The notes under the pieces: model-generated
Database searches by the model: none
The model's input: only the letters and a program-made list of their open reading frames with translations
What the model was told of the DNA's origin: nothing
Position numbers and translations under genes: made by a program
Assembly (NCBI GenBank): GCA_001643675.2
Contig: LSRY02000013.1
Location: forward strand, 806,001 to 870,000
Direction of reading: 5' to 3'
Length of the DNA stretch: 64,000 nt
Source: Monocercomonoides exilis PA203
Lineage: Eukaryota > Protista > Preaxostyla
Shown: positions 26,470 to 38,139 of the stretch, piece after piece
Numbering within the stretch: position 1 is the stretch's first letter
How the letters are laid out: each line of letters opens with the position of its first letter

Positions 26470-28981
26470 AACATCTTATTGTGCGTGACCCATCTCAACA
26501 TCATCCTTCTCTGCGGTTGTCCACTCCTCACTGCCAAACACAACTCGGCTGCCTCCATCTGTTCCTCCACTTGCCTTATCAATCCAACAGCAAAATCTCC
26601 GCCTTTCCTCTCTGCCCATGCCTCTCTCGCCTTCACAAACTTCTCCCTAGCCACCCGCAAACCTGCCATCTTCTCCTTACCCCTCTTCTCCCTCTCAAAC
26701 AATCTCCTCTCAGATCCCCACTCCCCAATCCCTGCCTCCTTCTCCATCTCCCATTCCTCTTTCTCCTCATTCATTCTCTTCTTCCACCTCTTCCTCTTCT
26801 TCTTCCATCAATCCGTCTTCTTCACTCACCCCACCTCCCGGCTATGATGACAGCCCCTCTTCCTTCGCACCTTCTGAGCAATCAAACTCACCCAACTCTC
26901 CCTCTTCCTTTCTCAGCTCCCTCTCTGCGCATAAGTCTTTCACTGCACGTGCTGCTGCCTCTCCTCTCAGAAGATCTACAGATTCTAATTCAAAAAATGG
27001 GCTGCACGGAATCCCGCAAACACCTTCAGACAGAATTGAAGGCATTGATAGTACAGAAGCAGTTCTCGAGACGCTTAGCGAGGTCGACGAGTCACAAAGT
27101 CCTGGTTTCAAAGAACGCATAAAACAGTTCTATTATTAATATGAAAAGATCACAACACTCTCTACGCTTTCAGCAGAAGATGGACATTGCAGTGCAGATA
27201 GAACAAGGAATTCTTCTTCATCATCATTCAAGACATCCTTATCACATCCTTATTTACCAATTTGTGCTCTGGCCTTTTCTTCACATCAGATTCAGAACTT
27301 GTGTGGAATCTCCGACAGCTCTCATAAAGCAAGTGCATATGCAGCTGCCTCTGTCACAACTGCACTACTTCTGTCTATCCTCCTCTCCTCCCCCATTATC
27401 GGCCAGTCCGTTCTCTTCCCTTTCCTCTCTTCACTCGCCAAGGACATCGAGCTGCTCGTCACTCCAATCCTCTCGTTTTCATAGCAGCAGAAGGAGAGCA
27501 GAGCAGACAAAACAGCCAAGCTGCACGGCATGAACACTACAAACAACAACCAGCTGCCCTCTCAGCTGCTCAGCAGCGACATCATTCGGAAGATCAGCGA
27601 TGAAGACAGCGCAGCTCCATCGTCTCTGATGCAGACGATAATGGACAAAGGTATCCTCACCAGCTGACCACAGAAGGTGTTCAATCTGCTGGTCGATGCA
27701 GTCAATCCGATCCTGTCTCTACTTGCATTCTTCAAGGAGATGACTTATTTGGTACAGAAGAGGCTGGCGGGGAAAAGCAATGCTTTGGGTTATCCACAGT
27801 CTGCTTCATCGTCTTCGGCATTGCTTGCTCCTGTTATGCCAACTTCTCCTTCATCTTCTTCCTCCCCTTCCTCATCTTTTGCATCATCATCTTCATCTCT
27901 TCCACCAACAACGATGTATCTTCCCCCTTCTTCTCCCAATGCTCTTCTCCCCTCTTTCTATTCCACCTTCATTTCCCGGCACCGCTCCATTTCTTCCATC
28001 CGTGATGCCCTCTTCCTCCTCTCCTACGCTATCAAACAAGCCTCCTTCGAGCATCGCATCATCAGCACTGCGCAAAAGCGGAACTTTCCGGATTCCATTC
28101 TTCCGCCTGATATGCTCTCTCTTCTCAGCACAGAAGGTGACTTTGCAGAGAGAAAGGACTTCTTCTCAACGGTGGATGAAGGAGAGCTGAAAAGAGCAAT
28201 TGGAAATGAAAATTCACTATTATTGGCTTTGTTGTGTATGTACTCAGAAATGATGGTGTACGATTCAGATGCAAATGGATGAGACTTTGTGTGCTCACAC
28301 AATGTCTGTGTAGGAAGAAATTTCCATACAAATACCACTTTTTTCAGTCAAAGCAGCAATTCACAGCAAACAAATAAGAATCATACAGGAAATAACAATT
28401 CTTCATCTGAGATGAGCATCAATCCATTTGCTGATCCATCCAACGAGGATATCGTGCCTTCTGAGCAGCAGAGGCAGCTTCAAGGAACAATCGGAAGCTA
28501 TCTGTTTTTGGCAGACAAGAATGGAATGGACTGATTTCGCAAAGCGGCTGTAGTGTCAAGGCAGCAGATGATGTTCATGGAGCAAATAACAGTGAGTGTG
28601 AACAATGCGGATAGGAGAACTCGCTCATCATCTTTGCCTCTTTCTTCACTTACACCTCATTAGGAGCAGAATTCTGTATCTTCATTGAGTGCAGTCCAAC
28701 AGAAATCAGATGCTGTTTCATCATCATCAGCAGCAGTTGAGCTCTCATCTTTTTCTGTACCAATTCCACCTCCGCTCACTTCTGCTGACACCTCCACCCA
28801 ATCTACTCCTTCTCTATCTCTTTTGTAACTTTCTGTATCTCCTTCTTTATCTTCTTCTCCTCCACCTCCTCAGCTTCCTTCCTTCAGCTCTTCCATCAAC
28901 CAGCTGGCTTTGCAGCTTCTGAACCCTCAAAATCCTTCTGTTTCAAACCCAGTTTCATTCACCAACGAAAAGTTGTTTTAA
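26470..28981 (+). pseudogene. Decayed fragment of a host-type Ser-rich protein gene
   Basis: Coding-like GC content and Ser-rich composition. One apparent frameshift (~26770), then a single frame interrupted by stops at 27137, 27482, 27665, 28280, 28532, 28661 and 28826, ending at 28979. Confidence 0.7.
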
Positions 28982-29192
28982 TGAAATGAGTTGATCAAAT
29001 TTATCTATCAAAGTTTTCCAAAGAAATTTACTGAAAATCTGAACACTTCTTCAAGTTGAAAAATGAAAATAATCGATGGAAGATTTCTTTCAAAAAGAAT
29101 TATTGAATTATTATTATGGAAGCGAATGAAAGAACCTTAATCAAATCATCGTTGATATTCCCCCTTTGCTTTGTTTTTGTGATGATGAAAAA

Positions 29193-30682
29193 ATGGAAGA
29201 ATTTTTAGAAAAGGAAGATAGTGGAGAAGATTCAAGCCAAAAGGATGTCGAAGGAGAGGATGATTCAATGATGCTTTATAACCATGTCATTGAAACCAAT
29301 GCAGTCGACAGGGAAGAGAAGTTGCTTGAATTGTTGGATGCAATGGAATCGAAGAAGCTTAGGCCTACAGATTTATTCAAGAACGGATTAGTTACGAAAA
29401 GTAGCCTTTATCGTGCTGCAAAGGCAAGGAAGGAAGGAAGGGACATTTGCAAAATAGGAAGACCCCCAATTCTGAACAAGCGAAGCAAAGCTACATTCTT
29501 CACAAAAATAAAAGATAAAATACAACTTGGTGCCTTTCCGTGTGCAAGACAAGCAAGAGATATAGTTGGATTTTTCTTTCTTTCTTTTTTTTTATTTAAG
29601 TTTTGTGTTTATATCTTTTTGCATGCTTTTATTAGGCAATAGAAGTAATATCCGAAGATCAACACAAGCCAACTCAGAGCATTCAAGTTTGCCGCACTTG
29701 GCCATATTCTTTTATCAAATCGAACGAGGACCTTTTCTTTGTGCATCCCATTCATTTGCCAGCAGCGAGAGCTGCTCATTCTACAAAGGAATGCCTTTTT
29801 CCTTGGTTTGAAAAAGTTAAGCATTTATATGATGAGCATAGGTACAAATCGCAATTAATTTTTAATCTGGACGAAGTGTTTATCACAACTACTGAAGTCA
29901 AGCCGAGCCTTGTTGTTGCTTCAAATAAAAAAGATGCATGCATGACGCCAGAGCCATCTCTCCCATCAGGTATCTCAGGGCTCTTCATGGTTTCAGCAGA
30001 TGGAGTGAGTTATCCAGCCATTTTCAAAATCAGAGCAAAAAAACTACCAAAGGAATACTCAGACGCTACTGAACACTCATTACGGTTTACGGTTGATGAC
30101 ACTCCCTCAATGACTGCAGAAAGCTTCCAATTCTTTTTCGAAAAAGCGATTGTTCCGTTTATGATCCAAAGAAGAAAATTTGTCAAATGCGAAGAAGAGC
30201 ATTGTTTACTGTTCATGGATTCACTTGCTGCTCATTTGTCAAGGAATATCATTCAATGTGCGAAGGACAACAGTATTGATCTATGCTTTCCTCCTTCACA
30301 TACTTCTCATTTGGTACAACCTTTGGATCTCTACGTTAATGCCAATTTTAAAAATTCTCTAAGAATAACTGATTATGAAACTCATGAACCCAATGCGAGT
30401 AGTGCAAGGAGAAACTTTGTTTTGAAACTGAGAACTGCATTACATGCTGCATTTAGTCCCTCTACAATCACAGCTTCATTCAGAGATGCAGGCATCTGGC
30501 CTTTCAACCCTGATATTGTGCTTTCTTAACTTCCAGAGAAAAAGCCGGAGTGGGCAAAAGTATCTTCAAAAATCATGGATCCTCAATTACCTTATTTCAA
30601 TGGAAGAATTTTTTTATCAACAGACCCAATGGCCCCTTATGATGACGGAGTTCATCCATATTTTTTTAATTTTCATGTTTAA
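29193..30682 (+). mobile_element. pogo/Fot-like DD35D transposase 1 (HTH + DDE_1), one intron, probable premature stop at 30527
   Basis: IGRPPIL linker, intron 29565-29635 (phase 0), FNLDE...LLFMDS-(35 aa between Ds)-PSHTSHLVQPLD, and ASFRDAGIWPFNP. The frame stays open ~50 codons past the TAA at 30527-30529. Confidence 0.88.
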
Positions 30683-30700
30683 TAACATTTTCAAACTGTA

Positions 30701-30780
30701 TTTTTTTTTTAATGTTTAATATTTTTTTTTAATGTTTAATATTTTTTTTTAATGTTAAATATTTTTTTTTAATGTTTTAT
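30701..30780 (+). repeat. 20-bp minisatellite x4 (T-tract + AATGTTTAATA)
   Basis: Four near-identical tandem units downstream of transposase 1. Confidence 0.85.
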
Positions 30781-30888
30781 TTCAATAAAATAAAAATATA
30801 TGATAGTTGAATTTTTTTCTTTTGTTTTCAGAACAAATATCGTTCATATTTGAAATAAAATCAATTATTAAAAAACGAAAAAAATGAA

Positions 30889-30926
30889 GTTCCGGGTTTA
30901 TGACATGTCCCGGATTTTTTACGCAC
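30889..30926 (-). repeat. Candidate right terminal repeat of the transposase-1 element, followed by TA
   Basis: Inward reading GTGCGTAAAAAATCCGGGACATGTCATAAACCCGGAAC: two CCGG-containing subrepeats 18 bp apart, with TA at 30927-30928. Confidence 0.5.
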
Positions 30927-31136
30927 TAAAGACAAATTTTTCCTTTAATTAATAGTCTCGTACGAATAAAACTGAAAAACTCAAAATGAAATTTTGTGAA
31001 CCGAATAATGTGTCTATTTTGAATCTTGATTCATTTTTTTACGTGTATTTATCTTCTAATAATCATCTCCGATTCGGTTATTATAAATTTTTTTACTTTT
31101 TTGAATTCTGCTGATAGACAATGTTCGAAACAAATG

Positions 31137-31172
<36 letters not shown>

Positions 31173-31851
31173 ATCTTCCACAAAGTTTTTTTAAGAGATA
31201 GAGTTTGCACAAAAAATACCGGACATCGCAAAAAATACCAGACAAGATCGATTTCCCAACAACCTCGAGAAATGATTCTGTAAAAATTTCCACAAAATAT
31301 ATCTCATAAAGACAAACTCATTTGATAAACAAAACTTTCAAAATATCTATATTTGTGCTCAGATAAAATAATTAAAGAAATTTCTGTGTAATTAAAAATA
31401 CTATTTATCCGAATTTTCAAAAATAATTTTCTTCAATGTTCAGTTTTCATTGAAATGAAAGTTTCTTATATCAACTGAGTTAGCATAGATTAGATGAAAA
31501 ATTAAAAGAACAATTGTCAGAATTATTCCTCTGGCAGTAATAAAAAATTTGATTTTGTCTTGAATTTTTTCCACAATCCATATATGAATATTTTGCTAAG
31601 TGATTATAAGAGATAAAAAATGAACAAAAATACTCGGAAAAATGTTTGTGCACCGACAAATGTGACAATAAATGAACATGATTTTCTCCAGTTTTGACTG
31701 AATCTGATAATTATCCCTTTAATATATCTTTCCTTTGCTAACTCATTTGGCATATCAGACTATCATTTAACGATGATTGAATACTACAAAAAATAATTTT
31801 TATAATCCCAGAGAAATATTGTTTGATACATTTGGAATTTTTCAAAAATAT

Positions 31852-32103
31852 GGGTTATTCTTTTTGAAAAGTCGCAAATGTTGAGTATCTGGGTTTTTGA
31901 AAATGGGCTTTATTTGATCATCTTTTGCAATGTATTCATCAAACAACAATGCAATGCACATATTCTTTCAACAAATAAACTTAAAATTTTTCATTAGCAA
32001 AATAATAAAGTTTGATGAATAAATTGCACAAAATGATCAAATATTGGGTTTTTGCATAAAACCCAGATATTAAACATTTGCGACTTTTCAAAAAGAATAA
32101 CCC
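31852..32103. mobile_element. MITE, 252 bp, 46-bp terminal inverted repeats, ATAT on both flanks
   Basis: 31852-31897 (GGGTTATTCTTTTTGAAAAGTCGCAAATGTTGAGTATCTGGGTTTT) is the reverse complement of 32058-32103 with 2 mismatches. No ORF inside. ATAT at 31848-31851 and 32104-32107. Confidence 0.85.
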
Positions 32104-32846
32104 ATATTTATTTATCATATTTTGTTGACGTTAAAAAATGAGATTATGATATGAAAAATGAGTTGGTCAAAACAAGGTTTGTTTTGTGGAGAACTTTCAG
32201 AATTTGACTTTTAGGAGTTGTTTTGAAAACACTCTTTTCATTTATTTTTTGTTCAATCAATAATCTTCTGATTATTGTTTGAATCATATCATAGAAAAGA
32301 GCAATAGCAATGAAATAGCGATGCACAAAAAACAAAAAAGTTTAAAAAGGCTTTCAACAAACTCAACACTGCATTCAGAATCTTTAAAAGCACATTTATT
32401 TTTCGTTGGAACTTCAATAAAAAGCATAAAATTGTTATTTAAATTTATAAAATATGTGTTTGGCATATAACAGCCAATTAATTTGAACTCAAATAGATTG
32501 AATATATATTTATTTAAATCAAAACTTTCAAAAATCTTTTTTCAAGCTTCATTCAAAACCAAGAACTAATCTATTTCAAACACTTTCAATTGCGAATCGC
32601 CGTCAAATAAAAACAAAAAAACCAAAATTGACTATTTTTTATTGGATGAAAAATGTCACTTAAAATATTTGGGTGATTATTTTTGAAATCAAATTTTCTC
32701 TATCAAAATTTTCTGTTCCAAAAATTCACTTGAATATTAACAAATGAATTCTGAAAAATGAAAAGGCTTATTAGAGACATCTGCATCTTTATTTGAGCCA
32801 AAACATTAATTTTAAAAATAGTTGTGATTATTTTTTTACATCTAAT

Positions 32847-35800
32847 GGTGAGGGAAATAATCCGCACATTAAATAAAATCCGCACAAACTGCATTTTTTG
32901 ATTCAAACTATAATTTATAAATGAAAAATGATATTCAAAATCAATTTTCTGTCACGCACTATGATTTTTTTTCATTTTTCATAAAATTTTTTACACGAAT
33001 ATGGGATTCATTCAGTAACCATTATTTTATAAAATTTATGATTACCAAAAGTTGTTCGTATTACAAAGCACAGGAGAAAAAATCACCAAAAAAAACCCAA
33101 GATTACGAAAAAGGATCACGAAATACATACTTCAGTGCTTTAAGAGCTAAAAAAATGAAGGATAAAGGACAAGATACCGGGAAAGTTGGTCGACCATGTT
33201 ATTTAACAGAAGATGAAGAATTGCAATTGGTTGAAACAATAGTTAATTGGAACAATATTCAAACGCAACCGACATATGCAGATATTCCAATGATGGTTTG
33301 ATTTTCAATAAAAATTAATTAAACAGCAATATTCCATATACTTGTTTTAGGCCCTTCATATCAGATTGCAAAGAGATTCGAAAATAAAAGATTATGTTGA
33401 AGCACCGAGTTTGAAATGGGTTAGGGATTTCGTTTCAAGACATAAACAACTTAAGCCTGTTGATCCTGTTCGATTAAATATTGCCAGAGTCCGAGCATCC
33501 ACAACAGAGAATATTCAATCGTTTTTGTCAAAATTGAGATTTTTGATGAAGACAAAAAAATATCACCCCTCTTTGATTTTGCAACTTGACGAGACAAGTT
33601 GTCAATCGAATGAGAGACAAAAAAGAAAGAATATTGTTTCAAGCAATTGTTCGTATCTCCCTGTCTTAGAATCACCTCCTCTCAGACATCTAACAATGCT
33701 TTTTATTGTTACTGCAAATGGAAAGCACCTTCCATCGCATCTTTTACTTACACCAAAATATGAGAATGAAATTAGAAAACAATGGAATGATGAAGATTTC
33801 ATTTTGCACACCTCGCAAAAGGGATGGATGACAAAAGAAATATTTCAAGACATTATGATCAATTACGTTTTATCTTATATTCGCAAACAGAGGCTCGAAG
33901 TCAAAAGATTGAACAATTATCTTTTGTCAACAAATTCACTTTTGAACAATAAAAAGTTTGAAATAAAAGAAGGAGATAGTCGTATTCAAAAAACAATCCA
34001 CTTGAATGAAATTGAAACCGCTCAAAAAGAAAATAAACCTCAGAATGCAGTAATGAACAAGGATGAAGAGATTATTACAAAATGTGATGATTGCTCAAAA
34101 ACGACAGGTTATGCTCTTAAGGATTCATTGAAAACGCATGAATTGCATTTTCATCCAGATCAGCCCGCTGACGAATTGCTTGGAGTCACAAAAGCATTAA
34201 CTGAATCTCCAAAAGATGAACTGCAACGATGCAACGAAGCAGACAAATCTTCAAATGATAAGCAAGAATCAAAAATCACTGAAGACAATGAAATCACATC
34301 ATTCAAAATGATAAAACATGACGGTTTTATAGGTTGTGAGGAAGAAGAGTCAAATCTTATTCGAGACATTCCTGATTATTTCAGTGAAGTGATTCGTCGG
34401 AAGAGGGAAATTATAGACGATGAAAAATGGTGGTTGGAAGAATCGTTTTCGACTCAAACAAAGAAGAACAGTTGTTGTTCATTTTGTGACAATCAAAGAA
34501 AGATGACTGTCAGCGAAGAAGAAGAAGAAGAAAATAATCCGCCTGCTCTAATAATATTGGATGGGCACGCTTCTAGGCATAATATAAACCTTTGGAAAAT
34601 GTTTTCTTCAGCGAATGTTGATGTTGTCGTTTTGCCTTCACATACATCACATATTCTTCAACCATTGGATTTAGGACCAAATGCAGAATTGAAAAAACAA
34701 TTGAAACGCATCAAAAACGAACCAACCATAAGAAAAATGCAAACCCAATTCCTCCCTTTTGTTGAGTCAATCACAGAATGTGCGTACATGGCATTAGCAC
34801 CCATGACAATCAAACACGGATTCTTCGAAGCAGGAATAACTTCTGCCACTATTCACCATGTTTTGAACAAAACGATCCGAGAATTGCCTCCAGGAATGAA
34901 AAAGATAACTCAAGGCAACAGGTGGAGCATTTCAGGGAAATGCATAACATCAGATCTCGTAATTCAAGAATGGGAAGAATATGAAAAAGCAAGAAACAAT
35001 AATGCAAAAATCCAACAAAAATTAAACAATTTGAAAAATAAGCATTTAAAATGCAAACCATTAACGAATAAGAAACGAAGGAAAGACGCTGTTGTTTCTG
35101 AAACATCAGAAAATGATCTTGATTCTGAGCAGGTTGAAGTTGGAAAGATAATGGGAAAAAGCGATTCAGATATTTCAGAATATGGATCTGATGAATCAGA
35201 TTCTCAAGCTGGTGAAGATTCTGTGATTTCAATCCCAATTTTTGGGATCAGAGAATCAAAAGAATCAATTGAGAACCCAATTTTCAGAGACAGAAAAGAA
35301 GAAAAAGAAGAGAGCAGTGAAGAAGCTGTGTTGACGAAGGATTGTGCATCACTTTTATCCCGTGAAACTGAATCAGAAAATGAATCAGATCTATTGACTG
35401 TCAAAAAGCAGAGAATGAAAAGAAAAAATGATGATAGTGACTATGATTATGAGAAGGAAAAAACAGACTCTGCTTCCTCGGAAGAACTTGATGATCTTCC
35501 GAAAATTTATGGAACACGTTCATTGAGAATAAACAAATTTCACAACGATTATGTTTCCAGCTGAGTGCAAAAATTCGAAATCGGGAGATAATACAATAAA
35601 TATTCTTGGAAAATTATCATTTCAAAAGGAAATATTGTTTAATTTGATAAAACAAAATATCATTAAAAAAATATTAATCATTTCAAAGAGTTAGTAATTA
35701 ATTTAAAGACCAAGCATATTGATAAACACCAATCAAATGAATTGAAAACAAATAACAACAGAAGCGAAAATGAAATAAAAGAAAATAGTTGTTTTCCACA

Positions 35801-37481
35801 CTATTTATATTTTTGTTGTTTTCAAATTTCACTTTCACAGCAACGAGAACTCTTGAGAATGTTGAAATCTCCAAATGCATCCATCTTCCTATCCACCTTT
35901 CTGATCAAAATTCTTCTATCTCTATTGAAACTCCACTCACTCAAATTTTGAACACCAAGCCTTTATCAACTCTTAATGTGTTATCTCACTCTCTTTCATT
36001 TTCCCATTCCCTTCCTGATTTCCATAACTTTTGAATTTTATGTACTCCTTCTTCAAAGAATTTCTTCTTTTGCCATCTGTTCCAATTTTTGCCTCTTTCC
36101 CCTCTCATGTTGTTTATCCTTTGGATTGCAGCGTTTCCAAGCCTTCCTCTCCAAGCTCCACTTTTTTTGTTTCTTTCAACAGCTAGTGATCTCTCAGATC
36201 CAGATCTTCAGTTTTGTTGATTTCTATTCTCAATAGTCAAAAGATCATTTTGAATGATGAAAAATCACACATGCGCACGATGGAATCAAATGCATATAAT
36301 GAAGTTATGAACTTCATCTTTCATTCAGGTGTGACACTTTTTGTTGTAATTATTATTTACTATGCATAAGCAAAATATCAAAAACCATTTCACAAAAACA
36401 TTATCATTTTTTTAAATTGGAGGAAAAACAAAATAAATTCCAAAAAAAAGAAGTCAAAAATTTAAGAACTGTTGGACAAACTTTCAATTTGTTTATGAAT
36501 AACAAACTGATCCTTCTAAACGTGCATATCAAATTCATTAAATATTGAGATTGTTTGTTTTAACTTAACTGACGTGAATGAATTGAATTTCCTAATTCAC
36601 TGCTCCATATGAACTTTTCGAAGAAACACATTCTGTTGTAACCATTTCAAATTTGCGCTGTGGTTTTTAACGATTATTATCAAAAAATAATATAATTTGA
36701 AGTGTCGTTTCGTAATTTTGATTCTATCTGGTTGACACAACAATGGCTTTCAATAAATATATGCTTTCTCATTAATAAATATTTGAGATTGTTTGTATAT
36801 AGCTTGTCAGGTTGAATCGAAATAGAAATTATTCCCATTATTTGGGCATTCATTTATGATTTTTTCCATAATAATAATCTTTTTTTTATATAAAGAATAA
36901 TAAATAGGTGTTTCATCCAATATGAGAATTTGAGATATTAAAACATTATTTCAGGCTTCTTTTCAGTTTTAATTTTTCATAAACAATGTTGTTTTCATTC
37001 ATCTTTTTCTATTAGCTTCAGATCATTAGGAAAAAAAACATTCGTTAAAAGTGATGCAATTCCTCTGCTTTTTGTCAGGATTTTGAGAATTTCTGTATTT
37101 TTTAATTTTTAATATCTGGTTTTTCGATAATTGATTATTGCACTTCACGTTTTTAAAGAATGCATATTGAAGAATTGTCAATATAATCTGATGATCTTTG
37201 AAACAAATCTTCTTTTAAAAAGAAAAATGATCACAAGGTTAATTCTGAACTTTTCGAATCAGATAAATTGATAATCATAGAGAATATTTTTAAACATAAA
37301 ATTAGTATTAACAATGAGATCAAATTATCCATTCTTTTAAGGAAAGTTTTTTAAAAAGGAAAAAACATCCCAATCCACTTATCATTTTTCATTAATTGTT
37401 TTTTGTCATTAATGGATTATTGTCAAAGATTATAAATATATTTGATGTGCGGGTAAATAATAATGTTCGGGTTTTTCACAC
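32847..37481 (+). mobile_element. Putative extent of the transposase-2 element, bounded by degenerate inverted termini
   Basis: Left AATCCGCACATTAAATAAAATCCGCACA (32859-32886) versus right, read inward, ACCCGAACATTATTATTTACCCGCACA (~37446-37472). Both have two CCGxACA subrepeats 18 bp apart. No TSD established. Confidence 0.4.
33038..35564 (+). mobile_element. pogo/Fot-like DD35D transposase 2, intact frame, one intron, large insertion in the DDE domain
   Basis: VGRPCYLT linker, intron 33296-33350 (phase 0), SLKWVRDFVSRH, LQLDET, KGWMT, IILDGHASR-(35 aa between Ds)-PSHTSHILQPLD, and an acidic C-terminal tail. Confidence 0.92.
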
Positions 37482-37625
37482 AATCATAAATACAAAATCT
37501 CTTCCCTTTGACAAACAAACTTTGAAGAACAAACACCCCGAAATAAGTTATGATTTGAAAAATAATCACCCATTTCGAAAATTGCAATTAGGGGAAGGTT
37601 GCTTTTTAAATAATAACCTCCACAC

Positions 37626-37768
37626 GAAAAAAAAAAAAGAAAAGAAAAGAAAAAAGAAAAAGAAAAGAAAAGAAAAGAAAAAGAAAAGAAAAGAAAAAGA
37701 AAAGAAAAAGAAAAGAAAAGAAAAGAAAAAGAAAAGAAAAGAAAAGAAAAGAAAAGAAAAGAAAAAAA
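37626..37768 (+). repeat. (GAAAA)n microsatellite with GAAAAA variants
   Basis: About 140 bp of pure purine repeat. Confidence 0.95.
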
Positions 37769-38139
37769 TGAAGCAAATATTCAACATTTATGTGAATTGA
37801 TGTCAGTTATCTTTAAAACATAATATTTTTACGATAAAGTTTATTTTCAATTCCAAATGATATCTGAATGAAACCAAAAGTATTAAACAAAGATCAACTT
37901 TTGAATTGCCCCAAGGAAACAATGTGCAAAAGAAAAATACAAAAAATCAAATAATTATTATTCTAATTTCCAGAGAGTATTTTTTTTTGATGCGATTGAT
38001 GCCCATTTTCAAGAATGAATTAATCATCCATTCGCATATATTTTTGCCTTTTAAACAAATAGATTTGCAAAGTCGAAAAATCAAAAAGTGAAATGATCAA
38101 CAAATAATATTTTCACCAAAATTAAAAAATGAGAAAAAA

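Noticed and set aside
26775-28981. Alternative genetic code (TAA/TAG = Gln, as in the oxymonad Streblomastix)
   Set aside because: TGA also interrupts this frame three times, and conserved genes in the window end in TAA/TAG/TGA with no internal TAR codons.
30701-30780. CRISPR-like array
   Set aside because: Tandem units without unique spacers, eukaryotic context and no cas genes.
35750-36240. Purine-rich minus-strand stretch resembling a retroelement relic
   Set aside because: Too many stops and no diagnostic RT, RNase H or recombinase motif to support a call.
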